DNA of 64,000 nt, taken from Okamejei kenojei (lineage: Eukaryota). Under the pieces are notes generated by a model. That model was not told the DNA's origin, did not search any database, and saw nothing but the letters and a program-made list of their open reading frames with translations. Positions 48,928 through 61,403 of this stretch are shown one piece after another (the stretch's first letter is position 1; each line of letters opens with the position of its first letter). The stretch is from the NCBI GenBank assembly GCA_035221665.1, contig CM069131.1, forward strand, positions 128,960,001-129,024,000, written 5' to 3'. Made by a program: the position numbers and the translations under genes.

Positions 48928-49490
48928 AGTCATAGGAGCAGAATTAGGCTATGCAGCCCATCGAGTCTACACCGCCATTCAATCAAGGCTGATCTAGCTT
49001 TACTTCTCAACCCCATTCTCCCACCTTCTCCCTGTAACCTTTGACACCCTTACTAATCGAGAACCTGTCAATCTCCACTTTAAAAATATCCATTGACCTG
49101 TTGCAACGAATTCCACAGATTCACCACCCTCTGGCTAAATCAATTCCTCCTCATCTCCTTTCTTAAGATTCATCCATTTATTTTGAGGCTGTGCCCTCTA
49201 GTCCTAGACTCTCCCACTAGTGGAAACATCCTCTCCACATCCACTCTGTCCAGGCCTTTCATTATTCGGTAAGTTTCAATGAGGTCCCCCGTCATCCTTC
49301 TAAACTCCACCGAGTACAGGCGCAGAGCCATCAAACGCTCATCACAGATTAACCCAATCATCCCCATTAACCTTCTCGTAAACCTCCTTTAGACCTTCTC
49401 CAATGCCAGTAAATCTATCCTCAGATATGGGACCCAAAACTGCTCACAATACTCCAAATGCAGTCTGACCAGCACCTTATTATGCCTCAA
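48928..49490 (-). mobile_element. CR1 LINE 3' fragment
   Basis: RLYSVEFRRMTGDLIETYRIMKGLDRVDVERMFPLVGESRTRGHSLKI. Confidence 0.88.
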
Positions 49491-51302
49491 CAACACATTC
49501 AAATCATTTATGGTCAAAATTCCATTTGCAATATGGTGGAGTGATTGTTGCTTCTGTCAAGCAATGAGTTTCATTTCCCGCAAGGATTAAAGTCTCAGTA
49601 ACAAACAGGCGAGGGATAATTGTGTGGTTGATGGTCGTGGATTTGTTGGGGCGATGGACTTGTTCCTGTACGGTACCTCTCTATGACTCCATGACTAAAG
49701 CAAACTTTAAAGGGATCCTTTAGAAGTATTATGGAATGATAACGAAAACTGGAAGAGTTACTCCAATAAACTATACAAGAGTGACAATTATTTTGAAACA
49801 AGTGAAACCTTGTATTTATCATTTTCTTGGTACTTCAAACATTTTCTTCTATGCAATACCTACTGGGATGGAATTTAAACAATTTTTTAAATTATTTTGC
49901 TCCATTTCCACCAGATGGTAATTAAGTTCAGTGACTGGAAAAAAAGAAAGTGGAAGATGGTTTTAGATGGCAGTGAAGAGGGCGGGAATCAGAGGAGGAC
50001 AAGTAGAACCGGCAAGTAGAACCGGGAGAGCAGATGCTGCTGATGTGCTTACCAAAGAGTGACTGGAGACACAAAGTCGCAGTTATAGAATCTGTCACCC
50101 AGACATTGTTATTGTTAAGGGTGCTATGCACAGCATGACCTTTCATTGCAAAGTTACCAGAACCTTGTCAGGCTGCACTGAGTATTGGCAGTTACTATCA
50201 GTGTCAGGGTGCACTATTGTTTTTGCAGAGGCTGGTAGATACATGGAAAAAGCTTCCAGATAAAGCGGCAGAGATGGGTACATTTACAACAGTGCTTGGA
50301 TAGAAAACGTCCAGAGGGTTATGGGCCATACATAGGCAAATGGGTGTAGCTCAGGTAGGTATTTTGGTTAGCAAGGATGAGATGTTATAGAGAGCCCATT
50401 TCCATGCTGTATTACTCTATAACTCGATGACAGTATAACTTAAGCAGAAATGAAAATACCACAGAAGTAAGACTGCAATGAGGAAAGGTCTTGCAGAGGA
50501 GACAGCAGAATGGGGAGTCATCGTGACATGTTTGCTTGAGAACTCAAGCTATTGCCTTTGGTTCTTGCCACATGCTGCTCCCCAGTGCTTCCAGCATTGC
50601 CAAAAAATCTTAAATATTTATTTGAGGTTTTCTTTGGTGTTGTTTTTGAAATCCATTATCATACCAATGAAGGCAGTTGGTCATGGATTAAATCTCGCTG
50701 CTACAAGCTTGATCACCAAGCCCCATTTTTATGAGCTGCTTTTCAGATGACTAATTTATCTCTTTCTTTGAAGATGTTAATCCAACGCCCACTAAATCTC
50801 AATCTTTTGCAGTACTTCTTAATTACTGATTGGCAGAAGTTATAATTATTTAAGAATGTGGTTTCAATTGCACATTTTTCAAATAATTTGCAAGCATTTT
50901 TGTTCTTTCACCTGCAGTGGCAGTGCACTGGATTCCAATCTGGGGAATATTTCCCAAGAAAATTAGAGTTCAAGGATAGCAATATTAGATATCATTGAAG
51001 AGTCAGTTTAAAATATATCATTTATAATGTAGGATTAAAGCATAATTATATAAATGAAGTTGTAATTTCTCTTTACAAGTCAATTACACCAGCAATTTGT
51101 TTTCCTCTCATGAGACATAGAAAATAATCAATTGTTCACAATAAGAGGCAAAGTTGCAAATGTTGAAGAAGAGAAATGAGAATATTAATCACAAGAAAGT
51201 GTAATAGTATGGGAAAGGACACAAAGCTAACTTGTCATGTTGAAGACTCTTGCATTGGGCCTCGTGTAACAGTGCATGAGTCCACAACCAATAGGTCATT
51301 GG

Positions 51303-51755
51303 TTCAACAAACTCAACAGGAAGGCTGGCTCCGCCTTGGGAGCAGAGTTGGATTCATGGGAGGTGGTCTTGGAGGGGAGGATGCTCCTCAAACTGCCGAG
51401 CATCTTGGACAATACTACTCATCCCCTCCATGACACACTGGTCAACCTGAGGAGTACCTTCAGCAACAGACTGGTTCCACCAAGATGCAGGACAGAAAGC
51501 CACAGGAGATCCTTCTTCCCTGTGGCTATCAAACTTTACAACCCCTCCCCCTTCTGTCATGGGGTAGACTGAGACTGACTCCCCTCCCTCCCCCACCCCT
51601 TCCTCAATCTTTGCACATCCCCCAAGCCTTTTCGCTCGTCATTTTAATGTCATGTTTCAGGTATTTTGTGTTTTGTGTATTTTGGGTTTTTATGACTGTT
51701 GGCAGATCAATTTCCCTCCTGGGATAAATAAAGTTCTATCGTATTGTATCGTATT
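51303..51755 (+). mobile_element. Rex-Babar-group LINE 3' end
   Basis: NKLNRKAGSALG..ILDNTTHPLH..RRSFFPVAIKLYN; tail gggataaataaagttctatcgtattgtatcgta. Confidence 0.82.
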
Positions 51756-51829
51756 GTGGTAGTGGGATGGAGAATTAGAGTTGCAAGCAATGAGAAATTC
51801 AGCATCACTGCTGTGGACCGGACACAGGG

Positions 51830-51946
51830 ACACACATACACAGGTGTACGCATGCACATATGCACACACGCACGCATGCACGCATGCACACACACACACA
51901 CGCGCGCGCACACACACACACGCACACGCACACACACGCGCACACA
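51830..51946. repeat. Compound (CA)n/(CG)n purine-pyrimidine microsatellite
   Basis: Direct reading. Confidence 0.9.
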
Positions 51947-53274
51947 TGGTGGCTTTCAAATGAAGCCTCATGAAGAACCTGAAAAATGAACTCTGCTTCT
52001 TTTCCCATTGACACAAGCATTTACGTAACTTTTCAATGTTCTGTAAAGAACTAAAATCAAGATCTTGTTTCAAAGTAGAACATTTCCTTGTTCAACTCCC
52101 CACTGAGCACAAGCTTTGTTAATGATCACATTAAAATTTTAAATTGTGTAAGTACCATAAAAATGAATGAACCAAATATAGGCTTCCTACATAGATGAAC
52201 ATTATTTACTGTGGGAGGGTAGAATCTCAGTAACTGAGTCACCTCCTTGTTAATTTACTCTCTTTTCTGTTGAATATGACCTTTTTGTTACTTGTCTTGT
52301 TGAAGGAAACAGATGCATGGCTCAGAGAGATGTATCTCTGTTTTAATCCTGCACACACTTACTTCCATCAGCCAGATGTAAGTTAGCTATTAATTATGTC
52401 ACCGCTGACAAGATTATCTAGAGAATGGCAATCAATGGACTTGACTTCATAATGTACGATCAGCAGTGATATTTTGCTTGACAAAATTATTTTCAGTAGT
52501 TCATAAATCAGAACAGAAGTTTGCATGTCCTGAACTGGTAACATATCTGTAATAAAAAAGTAATAACTATTTGTATAAACTGAACTCCACACACTGAGAT
52601 CAATACCTTCTTCCATCATGCACAAAACCTCCTCTCATGGTATCACTCATTTTGTCAGGAAAAGGAGTGTATTGCAATATCCTTTTGTTGTGGATGCAAT
52701 AAACATTCCATAACATTTTATATTTGAATCAGAGGCAAAAGTCCAATTAGAGGGCTGCAGGCTACACAAATTGCATCGAGTAGTTTGGGATCCTTTAATA
52801 CAAAAAAACGATATGATGGAGCTTAGAGTATAGTCATTAGTGAACAAATTAAAGCCAAATGTGATCTTAAAACTTTAATATTAAAGCTTTCAAGTCTAAA
52901 CAGACTCTTGGCATGATACCTCTGTGGGAAATTAAGACTGCAATTCCACTGAATTAGATCACTATGCTATCTTTCAAACTTCGCCATTAGCTGATTGCAT
53001 ATGTTCCTGAGCAGTATTTTTCTGTTTACGTCAAAGGAATGAATTGCCTAACGGTAGTTTGATATAAATTAGTGTTTTTTAATCTCTGCTAGAGAGTTCT
53101 GATTGACTCAATTTTGTCACTGGAAAACAATTGGGAGTTCTTGCCGTTTACTAATCTCGAGACCCTTCAGGCTAACAGTTCCAGCTGCAACAAAAATAAC
53201 TTCCATTTATATAGCATCTCCACTGGCTCTAAAACAAATCCAGAGACTTCCCAGCAGCGCAGAGGAACTCATAT

Positions 53275-53454
53275 GTGTAAGAAGGAACTGCAGATGCTGG
53301 TGTAAACCGAAAATAGACACAAAAAGCTGGAGTAACTCAGCTGGACAGGCAGCATCTCTGGAGAGAAGGGTCTTGACCCGAAATGTCACCCATCCATTCT
53401 CTCCAGAGATGCTGCCTGTCCCGCTGAGTTACTCCAGCTTTTTGTGTCTATCTT
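53275..53454. mobile_element. Palindromic Penelope-tail insertion with 15-bp TSD
   Basis: Arms 53313-53367 and 53397-53451; TSD cagaggaactcatat at 53260-53274 and 53455-53469. Confidence 0.9.
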
Positions 53455-53971
53455 CAGAGGAACTCATATTCCTGAAATGTGATTTATCATATTACTTCCA
53501 TGTGGAGTTTGATGAATCAATCATCGAACACAGATCATAGAATAGTACAGCACAGGAACAAGCCCCTTCAGCCCTTGAACGCAGCATTCTGGTAAACTCT
53601 TCTGCATCCTCTTTAAAGCTTCCACATTCTCTTTGTATTCAGGCGACCAGAACTGCACACTATTCTACGAATGTGGCCTAACCAAAGCCAAAGAAGGTGC
53701 AGTGCAACTTCCCGACTCTTATACTCCAGCCAAAGTTTATCCAATCTTTAGGGCCTGTTGAAACAATGGCTCAAATTCCTCACCAGCACGCAAATGTTAG
53801 GAAGCTTGGAATTCTTGTTCCAGTTGAAACCTGCATGAACACTCATGTCCTGAGTTTCTGGGAGGTGCAATTGGCAGGGAAATTGAACGGGTGCAGTGCC
53901 TCTGTGAAAAGTATGGGGCTGGATGGATGGCAAAGTCACAGTAAGAGGACCGCGTAGAGCCGAAGTTAGGA

Positions 53972-54258
53972 AGTTTAGTTTGGTTTAGTTTAGTTTTGTT
54001 TAGTTTAGTTCGGTTAGATACAGCATAGAAAGGGCCCTTCAGCCCACTGGGTCCGTGCCGACCAACACTCACCCATACACTAGTTCTATCCTACAAACTA
54101 GGGATAATTTATAGAAACCAATTAGCCTACAAACCTACACCTCTTTAGAGTGTGGGAGGAAACTAGAGCAGCTGGAGAAAACCCATGAGGTCGCGGGGAG
54201 AATGTACAAACTCAGCACAGACAGCATCCGTGGCTAAGATCAAACCCAGGTCTCTGGC
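53972..54258 (-). mobile_element. HE1/V-SINE-like SINE (head truncated)
   Basis: (tttag)n tail and central domain. Confidence 0.82.
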
Positions 54259-55589
54259 GTAAATGGGTTGTGTTAACAATCCAGGTAGATGAAAGATGAT
54301 CAACTTGTAACATTAACTATGTTACTCACTCTATCTCTGTGGATTATCTTCAGCAGTCTCTGTTTCAGATTTGCAGCATCTGCAGAGATTTGCTTTCCGA
54401 AATGTGGGACTGGGTAGGATGCAATGTGCTACTTGTCCTTCTGAGGTGCTTCTCTAGTTGGAGGAGATCTAGCATCCACACCAGTTCTGTGGGTGGATGA
54501 AACCCAAGTGAAACCCGCCAAAGGTGGGGCAGAAGGTATTTGATGGAGCAGGTGAGTGGGTTGTTCATGACATGGGGTGTGTTTTGTGTTTAACACAGGG
54601 TGTCTGTGTTATCTTAAAACTGGGACTCATAGATCTCAAAACCATCCCAAATGCTCCTGTACAATTTTGAACAATCAAGGGCCATGGTTCCCATAAGTCA
54701 ATGGGGATGTTATATCTTTCGCGTGAGGCTTCAATAATGTTGCTGAACCATTTAATCTGCCCACCTGGTAACTAATTGCCGCAGAGGTGCTCTGATAGAA
54801 CATAATTGTTGGAAACATGGCTGTCCAACCAAGCTGAATTAGAGTTTCAGTACTGGAGACGTTGGCCTGGCAGTCATGGCGGTTCATTCATCCTGTCCAT
54901 GGATTGGGAGGATAACATGGAGACCACTTTGCTGGCATCTTTCCAGCACTTTGAGATCTTTGTGACAGGTAATCCATTAATCAGAAGCATACATGAAAGC
55001 AGTGATAACTGTGGCCCGAAATGCAATAAACTGTGTGTTGAGATTGAACTCTCAATCTTTAAATATACTTTTCCGCAGAATGCCATGAGTGGTTCTAATT
55101 ACCGGAAGGTGATGGTGAATATTTAAATGTATTATTGTCCTGAGGTGCTATGAAAAACTTTGTTTTATGTACTACTCAGGCAGATCATACCATACGTAAA
55201 TGCAACCATGCCATGCATAGGTACAACAGGTAGTGTCAAAAGAGAAAGAAAACAAAGTGAAGAATATAGTGTAACAGACACAGAGAAAATACAGCTAAAA
55301 AAGTGCAATGAGGTAGATTGGAAGATCAGGAATTCATCCTTAGTAAATGAAAGCTCCGCTCAAGAATTTGCCAAAAGCAGGGAAGATAAAGTTCTTAAAT
55401 CCGTGGTTCAAGCTGTATCTTCTGCAAATGTGAGAGAAGAGAAGAGGCAATGACGTGGGATGTAACTAGTCCTTGATTATGTTGGCTGCTTTCCCAATGC
55501 AGCATGAAGTGTGAATGGAGCCAATGAGGGTTAGGAGGTCGGAGGCAGGCTAGTTTGTATGACTGCATCCATAACTCTCTGCAATTCCT

Positions 55590-57660
55590 TAGAAACATAG
55601 AAAATAGGTGCAGGAGTGGGCCATTCAGCCATTCAATATGATCATGGCTGATCATCCAACTCAGTATCCTGTACCTGCCTTCTCTCCATACCCCCTGATC
55701 CTCTTAGCCACAAGGGCCACATCTAACTCCCTCTTAAATATAGCCAATGAACTGGCCTCAACTACCTTCTGTGGCAGTGAATTCCACAAAAATGTTTTTC
55801 TCGTCTCAGTCCTAAAAGATTTCCCCCTTATCCTTAATCTGTGACCCCTTGTTCTGAACTTCCCCAACATCGGGAACAATCTTCCTGCATCTAGCCTGTC
55901 CAACCCCTTAAGAATTTTGTAAGTTTCTATAAGATCCCCTCTCAATCTTCTAAATTCTAGCGAGTACAAGCCAAGTCTATTCAGTTTTTCTTCATATGAA
56001 AGTCCTGACATCCCAGGAATCAGTCTGGTGAACCTTCTATGTACTCCCTCTTTGGAAAGAATGTCTCTCCTCAGATTTGGAGACCAAAACTGTATGCAAT
56101 ACAACTGGTGTGGTCTCACCAAGACCCTGTACAACTGCAGTAGAACCTCCCTGCTCCTATACTCAAATCCATTTGTTATGAATGCTAACATACCATTCGC
56201 TTTCTTCACTGCCTGCTGCACCTGCATGCCTACTTTCAATGACTGGTGTACCATGACACCCAGGTCTCATTGCATCTCCCCTTTTCCTAATCGGCCACCA
56301 TTCAAATAATAGTCTACTTTCCTGTTTTTGCCACCAAAGTGGATAACCTCACATTTATCCACATTATACTGCAGCTGCCATGCATTTGCCCACTCACCTA
56401 ACCTATCCAAATTACCTTGCAGCCTCCTAGCATTCTCTTCACAGCTAACACTGCCCCCCAGCTTCGTGTCATCCACAAATTTGGAGATGTTGCATTCAAT
56501 TCCCTCATCCAAATCATTAATATATATTGTAAATAGCTGGGGTCCCAGCACCGAGCCCCACTAGTCACTGTCTGCCATTCTGAAAAGGATCCTACTCTTT
56601 GCTTCCTGTCTGCCAGCCAGTTCACTATCCACATCAATACTGAACCCCCAATACTGTGTGCTTTAAGTTTGCATACTAATCTCTTATGTGGGACCTTGTT
56701 GAAAGCCTTCTGAAAGTCCAGATATAACACATCCACTAGTCTCCCCTTATCCACTCTACTAGTTACATCCTCAAAATATTCTATAAGATTTGTCAGACAT
56801 GATTTACCTTTCATAAATCCATGCTGACTTTGTCCAATGATTTTACCACTTTCCAAATGTGCTACTATTCCATCTTTAATAACTGACTCTAGCAGTTTCC
56901 CCACTACCGATGTTAGACTAACCGGTCTGTAATTCTCCGTTTTCTCTCTCCCTCCCTTTTTAAAAAGTGGGGTTACATTAGCTACCCTCCAATCCTCAGG
57001 AACTACTCCAGAATCTAAAGAGTTTTGAAAAATTATCACTAATGCATCCACTATTTCTGGGGCTACTTCCTTAAGTACTCTGGGATGCAGCCTATCTGGC
57101 CCTGGGGATTTATTGGCCTTTAATCCATTCAATTTACCTAACACCACTTCCTGGCTAACCTGGATTTCACTCAGTTCCATCTCATTTGACCCATGGTCCC
57201 CTGCTATTTCCGGCAGATTATTTATGCCTTCCTTAGTGAAGACGGAAGCAAAGTAGTTATTCAATTGGTCTGCCATGTCCTTGTTCCCCATGATCAATTC
57301 GCCTGTTTCTGACTGCTAGGGACCTACATTTGTTTTAACTAATATTTTTTCTCTTTACATATCTATAAAAACTTTTGCAGTCAGTGTTTATGTTCCCTGC
57401 CAGTTTTCTTTCATAATCTATTTTCCCTTTCCTAATTAAGCCCTCCTCTGCTGGACTCTGAATTTCTCCCAGTCCTCTGGTAGGCTGCTTTTTCTGGCTA
57501 ATTTGTTTACTTCATCTTTTGTTTACGATACTATCCCTGATTTACCTTGTTATCCATGGATGTACTACCTTCCCTGATTTATTATTTTGCCAAACTGGGA
57601 TGAACAATTTTTGTAGTTCATCTATGCAGTCTTTAAATGCCTTCCATTGCCTATCCACCA
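55590..57660 (-). mobile_element. 5'-truncated CR1 LINE (RT domain), inserted in a Rex1 remnant (55380-55590, 58417-58580)
   Basis: KSPGPDRLHPRVLKE, PEDWRVANVTPLFKKG, YLDFQKAFNKVPH, LGPQLFTIYINDL, KFVDDTKL, LVRPHQLYCIQFWSP; (tttctatg)n tail. Confidence 0.95.
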
Positions 57661-57717
57661 TCTTGTAGGCTTATGCAGAGCAGTCGCCACACCCAACTGT
57701 GATGCATCCCAATAGGA

Positions 57718-58415
57718 TTTTCAAGGTTTCAAGGTCAGTTTATTGTCACATGTACCAATTAAGGTACAGTGAAATTTGTTACCATACAGCCATACTAAGC
57801 GAAAAACAACAAGACACACAACTATATAAAAGTTACCATAAACATCCATCACAGTGGATTCCACATTCCTCACTGTAATGGGATGGCAATAAGGTTCAAT
57901 CTTCTTCGTCTTTGTTCTCCTGCGGTCGGGCCATCTGCAGTCGGGGCGATCAAAGTCCCCGTCGGGGTGATCGAAACTCCCATGTCGGGGCGGATGAAAC
58001 TCTCGGCATGGAGCTCCCGAGTCGGCCTCCTCTTACCGGAGACCGCGGGCTTCACAAAGTTAAAGTCCACAGGCCCACGGTTGGAGCTTCGATCCCCGGC
58101 AAAGGGATCGCAAGCTCTGCGATGTTAAAGTCCTGCAGACACCCGCGGCTTGGAGCCCCCATCAGTCTCCAGGAAAGGCCGCCAACTCCACGATGTTAGG
58201 CTGCAGTGGGGACAGAGATACAATACGGAAAAAAATTGCATCTCTGTCGAGGTAAGAGATTGAAAAAAAGTTTCCCCCAAGCCCACCCCCCGCCCCGTCC
58301 CCCACATAAAACAACAACACTAAAACATACTTTTTAACACCTACTAAAAATAACAAAATGAAGAAGGACAGACAGACTTTTGGCGAGGCAGCCACTGCTG
58401 GTGGTGCCACCTGGT
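57718..58415 (-). mobile_element. Non-autonomous GC-rich retroposon, copy 3
   Basis: Head accaggtggcacc..ggctgcctcgcc; tail cactgtaccttaattggtacatgtgacaataaa(ccttgaaa)n. Confidence 0.75.
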
Positions 58416-58964
58416 CTATGGTGCATCTGTAAAAATTGGTAAAGTTATTGGAGAAATGTTGAAGTTCCTAAGTCTTCTGAGGAAGGAGAGGCATTGGTGT
58501 ACTTTCTTGCCATAGTGTTGGACCAGGTCAAATTGTTGGTAATATTTACACCAGGCTAATCTAAAGTTCTCAACCATCTCCACGTTAGAATAGCACAGGC
58601 CATAGTGGCCACATCCATACCTCCCCGGGCATACATTAATAACTAGCATGTTAATGGTGCATGCACATTAACATGAGCCAAAGGATCATGCAATGTTTGA
58701 ATGCAGTCACTAAATGCCAGAATAGCATTTGTGGCAAGAAAGCAGATGCCATTTCTCTTCCCTTTTGCCCTACTATGATATGTGAAGCCACTGCCTTGAT
58801 CTTAGATCTGGTCATTCCTTGCCCATTGAGCCTCATTCAGGGCTGTGACATCTCTGTCAAACTGTTCAAGTTCCCAAGCTATGGTAGTGGAGAAATATTC
58901 AGGTGTGTCACTGTGTTTTTGAATCATAAGGGGTTCCAGTATTTTTTAAGCTTGTTGGGCCAAT

Positions 58965-60620
58965 AGAAACATAGAAACATAGAAATTAGGTGCAGAAGTA
59001 GGCATTCAGCCCTTCGAGCCTGCACCGCCATTCAATATGATCAGATCATCCAACTCAGTATCCTGTACCTGCCTTCTCTCCATACCCCCTGATCCCTTCA
59101 GCCACAAGGGCCACATCCAACCCTCTTAAATATGGCCAACGAATGGCCTCCACTACCTTCTGTGGCAGAGAATTCCACAGATTCACCACTCTCTGTGTGA
59201 AAAAAACGATTTTCTCATCTCGGTCCTACAAGACTTCCCCCTTATCCTTAAACTGTGACCCCTTGTCCTGCACTTCCCCAACATCGGGAACAATCTTCCT
59301 GCATCTATAAGAATTTTGTAAGTCTCTATGGATCACCCCTCAATCTTCTAAATTCCAGCGAGTTACAAGCCGAGTCTATCCAGTCTTTCTTCTTATGGAA
59401 GTCGTGCCATCCCAGGAATCAGTCTGGTGAACCTTCTCTGTACTCCCTCTATGGCAAGAATGTCTTTCCTCAGATTAGGAGATCAAAACTGTACGCAATA
59501 ATCAGGTGTGGCCTCAAGACCCTGCACAATGCAGTAGAACCTCCCTGCTCTTGTACTCAAATCCATGCCAACATACCATTCGCTTTCTTCACAGCCTGCT
59601 GCACCTGCATGCACCTTTCAATGACTGGTGTACCATGACAACCAGGTCTCGCTGCATCTCCCCTTTTCCTAATCGGAGTCTACTTTTGCTTTTGCACCAA
59701 AGTGGATAACCTCACATTTATCCACATTATACTGCATCTGCCATGCATTTGCCCACACACCCAGTCTATCCAAGTCATCCTGCAGCCTCCTAGCATCCTC
59801 CTCACAGCTAACACTGCCCCCCAGCTTCGTGTCATCCGCAAACTTCGAGATGTTGCATTTAATTCCCTCGTCCAAATCATTAATGTATATTGTAAATAGC
59901 TGGAGTCCCAGCACTGAGCCTTGCGGCACCCATAGTCACTGTTTGCCATCCTGAAAAGGACCCGTTCACTCCTACTCTTTGTTTCCTGTCTGCCAGCCAG
60001 TTCTCTATCCACATCAATACTGAACCACCAATACCGTGTGCTTTAAGTTTGTATACCAATCTCTTGTGTGGGACCTTGTCGAAAGCCTTCTGAAAGTCCA
60101 GATACAACGCATCCAGCTTCACCCTTATCCACTCTACTAGTTACTTCTCAAAAAATTCAATAAGATTCGTCAGACATGATTTACCCTTCACAAATCCATG
60201 CTGACTTTGTCCAATGATTTCATCACTTTCCAAATGCGCTGCTATCTTTAATAATTGACTCTAGCAGTTTCCCCACTACCGATGTTAGACTAACTGGTCT
60301 GTAATTCCCCGTTTTCTCTCTCCCTCCCTTTTTAAAAAGTGGGGTTACATTAGCTACCCTCCAATCCTCAGGAAAATACTCCAGAATCTAAAGAGTTTTG
60401 AAAAATTATCACTAAGGCATCTGCTATTTCTGGGGCTACTTCCTTAAGTACCCTGGGATGCAGCCTATCTTGCCCTGGGGATTTATCGGCCTTTAATCCA
60501 TTCAATTTACCCAACACACTTTCCGGCTTACCTGGATTTCACTAATTTCCTCCATCTCATTTTGACCCACGATCCCCTGCAATTTTCGGCAAATTATTTA
60601 TGTCTTCCTTAGTGAAGACT
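58965..60620 (-). mobile_element. Second CR1 copy of the same subfamily, 5'-truncated
   Basis: LYLDFQKAFDKVPHKRL, PQGSVLG, KFADDTKL; collinear with 55590-57243. Confidence 0.95.
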
Positions 60621-61403
60621 TCCAGGTTATTGGGCTGGTGGGCATTAACATTTAAAATCATTAATGCGAGGTGATCTTCAAAGTCAGAATAAGCTGCAGC
60701 GGGTACTTGCTTAAACATATCTTTCAACGTTATAATGATGAGTAATTTATAACCACTGCATACTTGAGTCCAGAAACTGTCTGCCTCCACCCTGATTATC
60801 AAAAGTTTGTATGAAGCAAGGGATTTGCTTCCCCTGCTGTTTCTCCCACCCCACCCTGAAAAAACATTTTCTGTTTACATTCATATATAAAATAACTATT
60901 TTTTCCACCATTTTCAAATTTATATTGCATGCTTCAGCATGAAACACAAATCCACCAATTATTTATTTAAAAGTCTAAAATACCTGATGACCACTGTTTG
61001 GATTATGAGTGGGTGTAGACATCAAGCCTTATTTCAAGATTTGAACACAGTAATTCACCAGTTACACGTTATTATGTGTCACCAACCCAATCGCTACTTA
61101 ATACATTGCAACTTAAAATGGTGTTGCTTAACATTGATAGGCTTGCTTTCTTTATTTCAACATTGCATTTCATATGAATTTCCTATCCTCATGGTAGATG
61201 GACCTGAAGTTCAATTTTAATAACGCTATGGCAAACATATTCAATATTGTTAACACGTTTATCATTGTGAAAACATGTACTTCTCAGCAGTCAATCCAGC
61301 ACTCCCTGAACACTCAAATGAAAAATTGCTGTTTTTCTTCCTAATGCAGCATGGAAACAGGCCCTTTGGCCATCGAGTCCAGGCAGACTGATCACCCATT
61401 CAC

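Noticed and set aside
51690-52073. Cys/Val- or His/Thr-rich ORFs
   Set aside because: Translations of the CA/CG microsatellite
54806-55126. 106-aa ORF in unique DNA as a host exon
   Set aside because: No recognisable domain or convincing splice context; length is compatible with chance. Short host exons elsewhere cannot be excluded without RNA-seq
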